From assembly GCA_963793305.1 (NCBI GenBank), contig CAWBZV010000012.1, positions 32,001-96,000 of the forward strand: a DNA stretch of 64,000 nucleotides, written 5' to 3'. The position numbers were made by a program, and so were the translations under genes. This document shows, in pieces, positions 41,300 through 51,608 of the stretch. The number at the start of each line of letters is the position of its first letter. Positions within the stretch are counted from its first letter, which is position 1. The DNA comes from an uncultured Gemmatimonadales bacterium (GTDB lineage: Bacteria > Gemmatimonadota > Gemmatimonadetes > Gemmatimonadales > Gemmatimonadaceae). The notes under the pieces were generated by a model, which made no database searches, was not told the origin of the DNA, and was given only the letters and a program-made list of their open reading frames with translations.

Positions 41300-43746
41300 T
41301 GCGAGCGCATCGCGATGATCGGGTCTACGCGCGCCGCTCGACGCGCTGGGAGCCAGGAGGCGATGGCCCCGACGGTGACGAACACGAGACACACCAGCGC
41401 GAGCGTCGGTGGATCCAGCGGCTCGATGCCGAATAGCAGACTGTGGATCGCGCGCGTGAAGAACAGTGCGCCGAGCAGACCCGAACCCACACCGGGCAGG
41501 ATGAGGAGCGCGCCGCGTCTCAACACGAGGGTCATCACATCGTACGGACGCGCGCCGAGCGCGGCTCGAATCCCGAAGTCCCGCGTCTGCTGACTCACTG
41601 CGTATGAGACTACCCCGTACACGCCGAGCGTGGCAAGCAGCAGTGCAATGGCGGCAAAGGCGGCGAGCAACAGGGTGTAGAAGCGTGACTGCGACACCGA
41701 CTCCGCGACGGCCGCATTCATGGTTCCCAGCTCATACGTCGGCACGTAGGGATCGACCGACGCGACCACGCGCCGGATCTGCGGCTCCAGCGCCGAGGGT
41801 GGGAGCGCGGTGCGCAGGAGGAAAGTCGATCCGAGCGGGAAACGGCGGTATGGCAGGTATGTCGCCGGCTCGGGCTTGGCCTTGGGCGACCCGTAATAGG
41901 CATTGCGCACGACACCGACGATCTCTCCATGGGGATGGACGGCGCTGTCTCCCGGCGCGCCGGAGCCGCCGTGCCAGAAGGCGAACGTCAGGTGCTTGCC
42001 GATCGGGTTCTGTCCCGGGAAGTAGCGGTCTGCCAGGGCTTGGTTGATGACCATCACCGGGGCCGCCTCGCGCCGGTTCTCATCGTCCGTAAAGATGCGC
42101 CCGCCGAGCAGCGTCATCCCTATTGTGTTAAAGAATGCGGGGGAGACGGGATGGAGCCGTGACTCTGGCTCCGTGCCCGGCACCGGTGGCGGTGTGCCAT
42201 CGATAGTGAACGACGTCGAAGGGCTAGAATTTTCCGGGTCGAACGGGCGGTTGGCCGCCACGGCCACGCGCTCGACGCCTGGTAGCGCCGCCAGCCCGGC
42301 TTGCACACGATCGGCGAAGTCGTTCACCGGCGCGTCATGATCGTACTTGGGGGTCGCAAGGGCGACATCGAATACCACGAGGTGATCTGCCCGGAAACCC
42401 GGATCCACGTCGATCAACCGTTGGAAGCTGCGGATGAGGAGTCCCGCCGACACCAATAACACGGTGCCCAGCGCGAGCTCCGTCATGACGAGGATGGAAC
42501 GAACGCGGCTGCTTCCGGAGGTCCCGCCACCCCTGCCCGAGCGGAGCAGGTGCGCGAGATCCCAGCTGGAGATATGGAGCGCGGGGACGAGGCCGAAGGT
42601 CAGGCCAGTGGCGACGGCAAGCGCTGCCGAAAACGCGAGCACGCGCATATCGACGCCGACATCCTGCATGCGCGGCAACGGCAGCGCGTTCCCCGCCGCC
42701 AGCAGATGCACGACGAGCACCGCGATCACCGCGCCGAGCACCGCCCCGCTCAGAGCGATGAGCATGCTCTCGGCGAGCGATTCGCCGAGGATCTGTCGCC
42801 GCCCTGCTCCCAGGGCGGAGCGCACCGCCACTTCGGACGCTCGCGAGGCCGCTCGAACGAGCAACAAGTTCGCCACGTTTGCGCAGGCGATCAGCAGCAC
42901 GAATATGACGGCGCCCAGCATGGCCCAGAGCGGAGCCTCGACTTCCCCGACGATCTGCTGCCGCAGCGGGACCGCCGCCACGCCGATTCCCGCTTCGTCC
43001 TTGGGGAATGCCTGAGAGATTCCGCGTGCGATCGTGCTCAGATCGCGCTGTGCACTTCCGAGCGTGATGCCATCGCGTAGGCGAGCGATCGCCGCGGCAG
43101 AATGATTGCCGCGGCCAATGTCGCCGATCTCCCAGGCTTCCCAGACCGCCGGGTACCAGAGCTCGGCGTTGTCGGGGAACGTGAGCCGCGGCGGCGCCAC
43201 GCCAACCACGACGTACGGGTCGCCGTTGAGCGTGACCTGCGTTCCCACAATCCCGGGACTCGCGCCGAAATAGCGCCTCCAGGCGCCATCGGAGAGGACG
43301 AGGACCTTGGTTGCCGTTCTCGCATCTTCTCCAAGCGCGAACGTTCGCCCGAGCTGCGCGTGCGTGCCCAGCACGGAAAAGAACTCGGCGCCCACCCGCG
43401 CCGCGTTGACGCGGAGTGCGGGAGCTCCGGCGCGGAGCAGGTTGAGGCTCTGCCGACTTTCGAATGGAACGACAGTCGTGAAGCTGTGCGTTTGGCTACG
43501 GAAGTCGATCAGATCCTGCGGCGCGATCCCCATCGCCGTTCCCCGCGCATCCGTCCCGTGGAGGTACACGAGTCGGTCCGGTCGCTCGAAGCCCAGTGGC
43601 TTGAGCAGCACGCCGTCGACAAAACTGAACGCCGCGGTGCTGGCGCCGATCGCGAGCGACAGGGTGGCGATCGCGATCAGTGTGAACGCGGGCGTGCGCG
43701 CGAGTCGGCGCGCGGCGTAGCGCAGGTGCTGGATGGCTGCGTCCAT
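41296..43746 (-). CDS. ABC transporter permease, duplicated MacB/FtsX (ADOP-type orphan permease)
   Basis: LRYAARRLARTPAF, LLIACANVANLLL, PARRAARVDP. Confidence 0.9.
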   Translation of the reverse strand: MDAAIQHLRYAARRLARTPAFTLIAIATLSLAIGASTAAFSFVDGVLLKPLGFERPDRLVYLHGTDARGTAMGIAPQDLIDFRSQTHSFTTVVPFESRQSLNLLRAGAPALRVNAARVGAEFFSVLGTHAQLGRTFALGEDARTATKVLVLSDGAWRRYFGASPGIVGTQVTLNGDPYVVVGVAPPRLTFPDNAELWYPAVWEAWEIGDIGRGNHSAAAIARLRDGITLGSAQRDLSTIARGISQAFPKDEAGIGVAAVPLRQQIVGEVEAPLWAMLGAVIFVLLIACANVANLLLVRAASRASEVAVRSALGAGRRQILGESLAESMLIALSGAVLGAVIAVLVVHLLAAGNALPLPRMQDVGVDMRVLAFSAALAVATGLTFGLVPALHISSWDLAHLLRSGRGGGTSGSSRVRSILVMTELALGTVLLVSAGLLIRSFQRLIDVDPGFRADHLVVFDVALATPKYDHDAPVNDFADRVQAGLAALPGVERVAVAANRPFDPENSSPSTSFTIDGTPPPVPGTEPESRLHPVSPAFFNTIGMTLLGGRIFTDDENRREAAPVMVINQALADRYFPGQNPIGKHLTFAFWHGGSGAPGDSAVHPHGEIVGVVRNAYYGSPKAKPEPATYLPYRRFPLGSTFLLRTALPPSALEPQIRRVVASVDPYVPTYELGTMNAAVAESVSQSRFYTLLLAAFAAIALLLATLGVYGVVSYAVSQQTRDFGIRAALGARPYDVMTLVLRRGALLILPGVGSGLLGALFFTRAIHSLLFGIEPLDPPTLALVCLVFVTVGAIASWLPARRAARVDPIIAMRSQ

Positions 43747-43854
43747 ATGTTCAGATATGACAACGCCTTGGCGGGATAGGTTTGAACCCCGAATGCGACC
43801 CAGTCGTCCCTGTCGGATTGCACGCGGCGGGCGCTGGTTGCTCATTTTCGCGCC

Positions 43855-44791
43855 ATGCACTTGATCGCGGCCCTAACGCTGGCCGTCGGCTTCCGACAGG
43901 TGATGGTCGGACCGATGGCCGTCAATATCTGGTATCCGAGCGACGGTCACACGACTCAGGTACCGGCTGGCTTGTATAGCCAGGCGGTCGTGGTGAACGG
44001 GCCGATTCGCGGACGGGACCTGCCGCTCATCGTCATGTCGCACGGCGTGAGCGGGAGCGGCTTCAGCGACTACAACGTCGCGCTGGCGCTCGCCAATGCC
44101 GGGTATGTCGTCGCTGCGGTGACCCACCCGGGCGACAACTATCAGGACCAGAGCGCCGTCGGCAAGAGCCAGAATCTCATCGACCGCCCGCGCCACATCC
44201 AACGACTCGTCGATTACATGGTGACGCACTGGCCGGTCGACACCAAGCGCCTCGGCGCCTTCGGCTTCTCCCTCGGCGGCTTCACGGCACTGGTGCTGGC
44301 GGGTGGCACGCCGGATCTCAGGCAGAGCGCGCGGCTCTGTCGCGAACGCCCGGACGCACCGGAGTGCGCATTCGTCGCGCAGCGCCACGGCAACCCACTC
44401 GATTCGACCGCGGTGCCGGACTCAGTGTGGGATCACGACGCGCGCATCAAGGCCATCGCGCTCGCGTCACCGGCGGTGCTGGTCATGTTCCGATCCGGCG
44501 GCCTGCGCGACGTGCACGTCCCGGTGCTTCTCTGGCGCGGCACCGCCGACCCAAACGCACCAGACGCGTGGAACGCGGCCGTGCTCCGATCGGGACTGCC
44601 GATCACCACCCGAGGAGCACGTCGTGCCGAACGCCGGCCACTTCGTGTTCACGCCGCTATGCAGCGACGCGACTGCCAAGCAGGTACCGTTTCTCTGCGA
44701 CGATCCACCAGGCGTAGACCGCGCCGCGGTCCTCCGTGAATTCGAGCCGAGCGTGGTCGCGTTCTTCGACGCACATCTCACATCCCATTGA
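43855..44791 (+). CDS. Alpha/beta hydrolase (dienelactone hydrolase / PAF-AH-like); +1 frameshift near 44602
   Basis: SHG, GFSLGG nucleophile elbow, GTAD; catalytic His (NAGHFVF) lies in the next frame. Confidence 0.85.
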
Positions 44792-44816
44792 CGCGCACGC
44801 CATCGGGCGCGGCGCC

Positions 44817-45007
44817 ATGACGAACGTAGTTGGACCGCGTACGAGGTCGCCAAACGATCGCGCGGTCGTCTTGCGGAGCGTTCGCTCTATCGTTTGGTCG
44901 AACGCCGCGGACAAGTTGAATCCGTGTCCGCAAAGACGTTGGATACGCTCTGTGAGATCCTTGGCATTGGACCCGGCGAGCTTATCGAGGTTCAAAGCGC
45001 CCGGTGA
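44817..45007 (+). CDS. Small XRE/Cro-C1-type HTH regulator lacking an in-frame start (frameshifted or truncated)
   Basis: Frame from 44819 reads DERSWTAYEVAKRSRGRLAERSLYRLVERRGQVESVSAKTLDTLCEILGIGPGELIEVQSAR*; ATG 44817 is out of frame by one base. Confidence 0.7.
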
Positions 45008-45117
45008 GGCAATCACGCTGAGTCTTACCTCGCCTAGCGAGACTCTCTTGCGATCACAGCCGCATGATTGCAAGATCGGACGTGACCACATCGCGGTTTC
45101 AGCTCCGGGACGCGGGC

Positions 45118-45146
45118 TTGGCGCCCGGCCGGATCAACCGTATAAT
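45118..45146 (+). promoter_or_regulatory. Sigma70 promoter driving riboswitch and phosphatase
   Basis: TTGGCG-N17-TATAAT. Confidence 0.75.
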
Positions 45147-45167
45147 CTGGCACCAACAATTCGCGAA

Positions 45168-45268
45168 TGTGTCTAGGGTTCCGCCAATCATCGCGATTGG
45201 GTCCGTGACCGAGCGACACCAACGGCTCGCGATGAGCCGCACAACTTACGGCATAAAAAGCCTGAGGT
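45168..45268 (+). ncRNA. ykkC-yxkD family riboswitch, variant (not guanidine-I consensus)
   Basis: P1 GTGTC/GACAC enclosing TAGGGTTCCG, hairpin CCAATC/GATTGG and GACCGAG; P2 CGGCTC/GAGCCG; linker CACA; P3 CTTACGGC-ATAAAAA-GCCTGAG; lies in a 5' UTR. Confidence 0.85.
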
Positions 45269-45296
45269 CCTTCCTACCCAAACGGTCGGAGCAGCC

Positions 45297-46964
45297 TTGG
45301 CTTTGCCTGAGATCGCCGTACTCGCCGCGTTGTCGCTCATGACAAAAGTGCCGGATCGCACACCGAATCTCATCATCGTGATCTCGGTCGACATGCTGTC
45401 CGGCGAGATCATGGACCGCTACACAGACCATCTCCCGGGAGGATTGGGGCGCATCCTCAGAGAAGGCGCGGTCTTCGAGAATGCTTACCAGGAGCACGCA
45501 TTCACCGAAACGTGCCCTGGTCACTCCACGTTGCTCTCCGGACGACATCCCTCGTCCACCGGAATAGGCACCAATAGCTGGATCGACTCGATCACCGGCA
45601 AGCCGATCTACTGCGTCCAAGACGACCACGTCAGCACCATCGGTGTGCCGCCAGGCACGCCTGGATCGAGTGACGTGCAATTTCGGGGGACCACGTTCGG
45701 TACCTGGCTCAAAGACCAAATCCCGGGCAGCAGAGTCTTTGCGGTAGCGGGCAAGGATCGGTCGGCGATCATGATGGCCGGCCCCAAGACCGATGGCGTG
45801 TACTGGTTCCAGGAAGGATTTGGCTTCACTACGTCGACGGCGTACGCGCCGGCGATCCCACCATGGCTGGTTGCCGTCAATGCGAGGCTCATGCGGCGTC
45901 TGCGCACCGAGACGCTCACCTGGGTGCCCATCGGCCCGTCCGATGGACTCACCTATCCGGGAGAATGGAAAGCCGACATCACGGGCGCGCCGATCGTGAG
46001 TCGCCTCCCACGGCTGATCCAGACGCAGGGATTTCCGGATGCCCCGAAACCCGGCTTCGTGCTCAATGAGACCCAGGACGGCGGCTTCTGGAACCGATAT
46101 CGGGCCTCGCCGTTCTGGGACGATGACATCTTCGATGCCGCCGAAGCCTTGATCTCGCACGAACACCTTGGCGACGGCCCGCATCCCGATCTCCTCTGCC
46201 TCGGACTGTCGGCCACGAACGCGGCCGAACACGCGTTCGGCAACGCCGGACCGGAAATGCAGGATCTCATTCGTCGGCTGGATCGGCGGCTCGGCCTCTT
46301 CCTCGACAGAGCCCAGCACAACGGGAAGCGAGTCGTCGTCGTGCTCAGTGCCGATCACGGCGGTCTGGATTTCGCCGAGCGACTGAGGAGTCAGGGCGTT
46401 CCGGCGCGGCGGGTCGATGTCGACGCTTGGATGAAGGAGCTGCAGGCGCGCGTGCAGCGGGAGCTCGGCACCGACCAGCCACTCGTGCGTGACGGCGACG
46501 AACACATCACCGTCGACCACCAGGTCGCGGCAACCCTCGGTGATGTCCGAGACGTCATCGCCCGGATCACGTCCGTCGTGCGAACGATGCCGGAGGTCGC
46601 CGACGCGGCGTCGCTCGAGGAACTTCGCGCGCTACCCGAACGCCGCTTCGACGATCCGCGTGAGGAGGATCTGCGCTATCGGCTGAAGTTCGCGGCGGCG
46701 CCCGGACGATCCGCCGACATCCTCTTCGCCTTCAATCCGCTCGTCGAGCGAGACGGTCCGCCACGGCACGATCCGGCGCAGCACGGCACTCCCTGGGATT
46801 ATGATCGTCGGGTCCCGATCATCTTCTGGGGACTCTGGAGAGCCGAACGGCGCACCGATCCGGCGAGCACCGTGGATATCGCGCCGACTCTGGCGAGAGC
46901 TCTGGGCATCACGCCAGCACAACATCTCGACGGCGTGCCACTCACCCTCACTCGTCTGCGCTAG
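45297..46964 (+). CDS. Alkaline phosphatase superfamily protein (PafA / nucleotide pyrophosphatase-like)
   Basis: [20 protein letters not shown] (Thr nucleophile), [22 protein letters not shown]. Confidence 0.9.
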   Translation: MALPEIAVLAALSLMTKVPDRTPNLIIVISVDMLSGEIMDRYTDHLPGGLGRILREGAVFENAYQEHAFTETCPGHSTLLSGRHPSSTGIGTNSWIDSITGKPIYCVQDDHVSTIGVPPGTPGSSDVQFRGTTFGTWLKDQIPGSRVFAVAGKDRSAIMMAGPKTDGVYWFQEGFGFTTSTAYAPAIPPWLVAVNARLMRRLRTETLTWVPIGPSDGLTYPGEWKADITGAPIVSRLPRLIQTQGFPDAPKPGFVLNETQDGGFWNRYRASPFWDDDIFDAAEALISHEHLGDGPHPDLLCLGLSATNAAEHAFGNAGPEMQDLIRRLDRRLGLFLDRAQHNGKRVVVVLSADHGGLDFAERLRSQGVPARRVDVDAWMKELQARVQRELGTDQPLVRDGDEHITVDHQVAATLGDVRDVIARITSVVRTMPEVADAASLEELRALPERRFDDPREEDLRYRLKFAAAPGRSADILFAFNPLVERDGPPRHDPAQHGTPWDYDRRVPIIFWGLWRAERRTDPASTVDIAPTLARALGITPAQHLDGVPLTLTRLR

Positions 46965-47365
46965 GCGGACGACGGTGATGCGTCGCCTGCTCATACGAGT
47001 AAGCGAGTCGAAATAGCCCCCCCTCGCTCCACGGCCGGCCAAAGAGCTGGAGGCCGGCCGGGAGCCTGTTTCCCCGTAGGAACCCCATCGGCACCGTGAT
47101 CGCGGGGAACCCCGTCGCCGGCGAGAAAATCTGGTTATTGTCGCCCGCCGGCGTGTTGAGATCGCCGATGAGCCGCGTTGGGTTGCTCCACGTCGGGTAG
47201 ACAGTGCGTCCAACTTGCGCTCATCCATGAGCCGCGATACCGCGACGCGCAGATGCGCCCGCACGTCTTCGTCGGTCCGACGCCGGCGTCTCCTCTGGGA
47301 CCCGATCGAATTGTTGCGCATCAGCGAGACGCGCCTCGATCGATGGGTGAAATTTGCCGGACTCT
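46948..47365 (-). pseudogene. Amidase (amidase-signature family) C-terminal remnant
   Basis: SGKFHPSIEARL / [10 protein letters not shown] / VYPTWSNP...[12 protein letters not shown]...[34 protein letters not shown] over three segments with two frameshifts; no N-terminal catalytic part. Confidence 0.8.
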
Positions 47366-47597
47366 GTCGGGATTCGCTGACGGTCACCTGACGGTGATGT
47401 GTAGTAGTCACGCATGGTGTGAACCCGTAAGCGCAGCAACTCATCGGGGCGCGAGCACCATCGACGCGACTCGCCGTAACCGGCGTGGCGAACACGGGGG
47501 CAGTTGCAACGCTCTCAGTCAGACTCTTTATCTTGACCGTCATTCCGAGCGCGGCCCTCATGCTGATCACCTTTAGGGATAGGAAGCGGTAATCAAT

Positions 47598-47744
47598 ATG
47601 GATAGAGACACCATCGAGTTGCTCGTGATCTCCTTCGTGTCCGTGTTCGCCTTCTGCGGCCTCGCGGAGGCCTATTTCTCGTTCCGGCGCCGGTCGTCAT
47701 CCGACGCCGAGGCGGAAACCAGCGAGCGTGAACAAGACCCGTGA
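47598..47744 (+). CDS. Small single-TM protein (48 aa)
   Basis: MDRDTIELLVISFVSVFAFCGLAEAYFSFRRRSSSDAEAETSEREQDP; purine-rich upstream sequence; below the ORF-track cutoff. Confidence 0.5.
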   Translation: MDRDTIELLVISFVSVFAFCGLAEAYFSFRRRSSSDAEAETSEREQDP

Positions 47745-47769
47745 TCGCTACGGCCAGCTAGCCACGCAA

Positions 47770-48930
47770 TTAGCTGGGTGTCTCGTCGAGCGCCGCGTCA
47801 TAGAGTGCGTCGAGGCGCTCACTCACGGCGCGCGACTCGTGGAGCGCCTGGAATCGCGCCAGTGCGCCGACGCTCCATCGCTCGATCCGTTCGGGGTCCT
47901 CGATGATGGCCGTGAGCTGAGAGACGAGTTGCGCCGCTAGCGCATCGTAGGTCTCCATCAGGAGATCCCAGTAGTCGTTGTCCTGGCGACGGGAGAGGCC
48001 GGTCCACTGGCTCCACTCGTCCGATGGCAGGGCGAGGCGCGCGCCGGCGTCGGTGGGGACGAGTTCCGGCATGGCGCAAATGTCGGACACGAGAGCCGGC
48101 AGTCCGGTGGAGAGCCCTTCGACGACGCTGTAGCCGAACGTGTCGTCGAGCGTCGGCAACAGTTGGACATGCGCGTTGGCCATGGCCGCCAGGACGTCCG
48201 CGTTGGGGCGGCGACCGTGAAACGTTACGGCAGGATCGGCGAGCGCGCGGAGGTCCGCGGCGTAGCGGGGCTCATCGACGTGATCGGCGTAGACACCACG
48301 GCCGATTTTCAGTGCGGAAAAGATCTCGAGGCGTACGGGCAGGCCGAGTGCGGTGGCGCGCGTTATCGCGCGGAGCGCGGCGATCCCGCCCTTTTGCGCG
48401 AAGTGATTGCCGACGAAGATGACGCGGAGCGGTTCGCCCCGATGGTATTGGCGTGTCGTGGCCGGCCGCGCCGGGAAGTGCGGGTAGACGACCGTCACCT
48501 TGCGCAACACCGTGTCCAGCGCCGGCCAGTCGCGATTGGCTTTTGCGAATCGCCGGGTCGCGTACCGCGACATGGCGATCAGCGCGCGACAGTTGGGCCG
48601 CGTCATCCGGTCGCGCAGCATGCTCCCCAGCTGTGCGCCACCGGGCCCGAGGGTCCGCGGGAGCACCGACTCGAAGGTCGTGATCCACGGCTTGGCCGTG
48701 AGTGGGATGGCGTTGAAACTGTGCACGAGGTCGTACCGCGCCCAGCGCGGGTGTGGCCAGGATAGTCCCGCGAGCGGGCGCCACAACTTCTCCAACGCGC
48801 GGCGCGTGACGAAGCGCAGCCGTTGATTCGGTTCAATGATGAGCGTATGGCGGGATGGGTTGGGCGCGTTCGGGCGCACCATGGGGCGCGTGCCAGTCAG
48901 GAAGACCGTGTAACGATGCGGCTGGATCAC
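47770..48930 (-). CDS. Glycosyltransferase family 4 (GT-B)
   Basis: FVGNHFAQKGG and DTFGYSVVEGLSTGLPAL. Confidence 0.9.
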   Translation of the reverse strand: MIQPHRYTVFLTGTRPMVRPNAPNPSRHTLIIEPNQRLRFVTRRALEKLWRPLAGLSWPHPRWARYDLVHSFNAIPLTAKPWITTFESVLPRTLGPGGAQLGSMLRDRMTRPNCRALIAMSRYATRRFAKANRDWPALDTVLRKVTVVYPHFPARPATTRQYHRGEPLRVIFVGNHFAQKGGIAALRAITRATALGLPVRLEIFSALKIGRGVYADHVDEPRYAADLRALADPAVTFHGRRPNADVLAAMANAHVQLLPTLDDTFGYSVVEGLSTGLPALVSDICAMPELVPTDAGARLALPSDEWSQWTGLSRRQDNDYWDLLMETYDALAAQLVSQLTAIIEDPERIERWSVGALARFQALHESRAVSERLDALYDAALDETPS

Positions 48931-48950
48931 GATCCGTCAAACTTAGGGCG

Positions 48951-49112
48951 TCACCCTCCCAATCCGTACAGGGAGAGCAGGAAAGCCACCAGGACTAGCC
49001 ACCACAGCAACGGGCACGCCAGTACAACGGCGACGAACCCAGCCCGCGACGCGCGCAGGGCTCGCGCGGACAGCGACACCGAGCCAAGGAAGGGTGCGCC
49101 GCGGCGCGTCAT
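48951..49112 (-). CDS. Possible small membrane protein
   Basis: Hydrophobic C-terminal stretch only. Confidence 0.3.
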   Translation of the reverse strand: MTRRGAPFLGSVSLSARALRASRAGFVAVVLACPLLWWLVLVAFLLSLYGLGG

Positions 49113-49221
49113 CGTCTCCCATGCTCGATAGACGACTCGCGAGGTCCCGTTCGTCACGCCCCAGTCCCGCGCGGCCCTTCGAGTTGGCTCGTTCACCCGG
49201 TCGGCGCTAACGTATGCGCCC

Positions 49222-50943
49222 ATGAATAGAAGAACGTTTCTGAAATACTCGGGCGGCGCATCGCTGGTCGGGCTGTGGCCGCGCAGCCTGGTGGTACCGT
49301 CGCGGATACGCCGCGTGCGCCCGTCGGATCCGGGCTGGCCGTCGCCAGACGCATGGAAGCGCCTCAACGACTCGGTCGACGGCAACCTGATTCGGGTCGA
49401 GTTCCCGATCAACACGACGCTCCCCGCGGATATCAAAAACCCCTATTACATCGGCGACAGTCCTGGCCTGACGCAAACCCTGGGGTGGGTCGACGCGTGG
49501 ACGACGAAGCCCAGCGTGTATGCGGTGGCCGCACGAAACGCACAGGATATCGCGGCCGCGGTGAATTTTGCGCGCGAGCACGACCTGCGCGTGGTCGTCA
49601 AAGGCGGAGGCCACAGTTATCAAGGCACGTCGAATGCACCCGACTCGCTACTGATTTGGACCCGCCACATGCAAGACGTCAGCGTGGCGAATGGAACGGT
49701 CACGGTCGGCTCGGGAACCATCTGGGACCAAGCCTACGACGCGGTCACGACCAAGGGTGGCGCGTACGTGCAAGGCGGCGGTTGCACGACGGTAGGCGTT
49801 GCCGGGTTGATCCAAAGCGGAGGGTTCGGCAGTTTCTCCAAACACTTCGGCATGGCGGCGGGAAGCTTGCTCGAAGCCGAAGTGGTCACCGCTGATGGCC
49901 AGGTTCGTATCGCGAACGCCTCCACCAATCCCGACCTCTTCTGGGCTCTGAAAGGTGGCGGAGGCGGCACATTCGGCGCGGTCAGTCGATTGACCTTGCG
50001 TACACATGATCTTCCCGAGTTCGGCGGCGGCGCCAACTTTACGGTGAAAGCGGCGTCCGACGACGCGTATCGCCGCCTGATCCGGCGGTTTGTTGCGTTC
50101 TACCGGGAAGCGCTTTTCAACGACCATTGGGGCGAACAGGCGCACGTGACGCCGGAGAACACGCTCGAGATCAGCATGGTGCATATCGGGTTGACCACGG
50201 AGCAATCACGAGACATCTGGCAGCCATTTCTCGATTGGGTGCGATCGTCGGGTGGCTACACGATTCCCTCTGAGCCAGAGATCGGCAGCATGCCCCTCCG
50301 GCATTGGTGGGACGTCGATTGGCGCGCCGAGCACCATCACGACGTGTTCAAGAGCGATGCACGCTCCGGAGCGAGTCCGAAGAACGTGTGGTGGAAGGGA
50401 GATGCCGGCCAAGTCGGTTGGGTCGTGTGGGGGCTCGAGTCGCTCTGGCTGCCGGCATCGTTGCTGGACGATGACTCGCAACAGAAATTGGCCGATGCGC
50501 TCTTCGCCGCGTCGCGCCACAGTGAGGTCGAGATGCACTTCAACAAGGGGTTGGCGGGCGCGCCCGCGGACGTCGTCGAAGCGGCGAAAGACACAGCCAT
50601 GAATCCCGCGGTGTGCAATGCATTCGCTCTCGCCATTATCGCTGACGGGCAAGGGGCTGCGTATCCTGGCGTCGTCGGTCACGAGCCCGACCTGGCGCGG
50701 GGGCGGAAAGGCGCCAACAATGTGCATTTGGCGATGAACGAGCTTCGCGCCGTCGCGCCCAACGGTGGAGCCTACGTGTCCGAGAGCAACTTCTTTGAAT
50801 CCGACTTCCAACATGCCTACTGGGGCACCAATCACGCCCGCCTCGCTAAAGTGAAAAAGAGATACGATCCCGACGGACTCTTTTTTGTCCACAACGGAGT
50901 CGGCTCCGAGCAATGGAGCGCCGACGGGTTCACCCAACGCTGA
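49222..50943 (+). CDS. Tat-exported FAD-linked oxidase (berberine-bridge-enzyme-like)
   Basis: NRRTFLK twin-arginine signal; KGGGHSY; LFWALKGGGG; YWGTNHARLAKVKKRYDP. Confidence 0.9.
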   Translation: MNRRTFLKYSGGASLVGLWPRSLVVPSRIRRVRPSDPGWPSPDAWKRLNDSVDGNLIRVEFPINTTLPADIKNPYYIGDSPGLTQTLGWVDAWTTKPSVYAVAARNAQDIAAAVNFAREHDLRVVVKGGGHSYQGTSNAPDSLLIWTRHMQDVSVANGTVTVGSGTIWDQAYDAVTTKGGAYVQGGGCTTVGVAGLIQSGGFGSFSKHFGMAAGSLLEAEVVTADGQVRIANASTNPDLFWALKGGGGGTFGAVSRLTLRTHDLPEFGGGANFTVKAASDDAYRRLIRRFVAFYREALFNDHWGEQAHVTPENTLEISMVHIGLTTEQSRDIWQPFLDWVRSSGGYTIPSEPEIGSMPLRHWWDVDWRAEHHHDVFKSDARSGASPKNVWWKGDAGQVGWVVWGLESLWLPASLLDDDSQQKLADALFAASRHSEVEMHFNKGLAGAPADVVEAAKDTAMNPAVCNAFALAIIADGQGAAYPGVVGHEPDLARGRKGANNVHLAMNELRAVAPNGGAYVSESNFFESDFQHAYWGTNHARLAKVKKRYDPDGLFFVHNGVGSEQWSADGFTQR

Positions 50944-50948
50944 CTGAG

Positions 50949-51598
50949 ATGCGCCACTGGCTCCCGGCGATTGTCTGGGGCGTCTTAGGCGCGGCGACCG
51001 GTCGTGCCCAAAGCGCTGTTGGCGCGATCGAGGGCGTCGTGCGCGACAGGGCCGGGCCGATCAGCGAAGTCTGGGTCGGGATCAGGGGGACCGTGCTTCG
51101 CACGACGACGGATACATTGGGGCGCTATCGCATTGAGGGCGTGTCGCCCGGCCTCGTGACGCTCGTCGCGTTGCGGCGCTCGAGTTCGCACCTGCCGGAG
51201 TGGGGCTCATTCGGGATCGCGCGACATGGGATGCCGTGACGCGCCGGTTCCGCAAAAGGCACGGGGTCGTGCCGCGCGATTCCGCCCGCATCGACTGGAA
51301 TCGCGAGATGGTGTTGCTCTTGAGCTATGGCCCCGGGCCGGCGGAGTTCGAAGAGCACTGGGGCTTCAATCGCGCCGAGCTGCGCGACGGTGAGCTCGTC
51401 ATTACGCTCGGACCGGATAGCCTGGTCGGAAAACGGAACGTCTTCATCGATGGGACCATGTTCCCGGACGCGATCGCTCTGCCGCAATCCGATGTGACGG
51501 TGCGCTATGACAAGCGCGTCGAGGACGGTTGGATACCACCGGCCGTCGACTGGCGGGCCGTCGCCGACACAACGCCACGAAGCCGAGGCTTCCCCTGA
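50949..51598 (+). CDS. Secreted protein: carboxypeptidase-regulatory-like domain plus PrcB-C-like domain (frameshift in G run near 51203)
   Basis: IEGVVRD...TDTLGRYRIEGV, then LIRDRATW...IDWNREMV in another frame. Confidence 0.55.
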
Positions 51599-51608
51599 TC
51601 CCACACAG

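Noticed and set aside
1165..44610. Programmed ribosomal frameshifting at the split genes
   Set aside because: No shared slippery motif or stimulatory structure was seen, the gene families are unrelated, and the pattern fits sequencing error.
45168..45268. Assignment as a standard guanidine-I riboswitch
   Set aside because: The P3 and 3' tail differ from the guanidine-I pattern, and the downstream gene is not a guanidine exporter, carboxylase or hydrolase.
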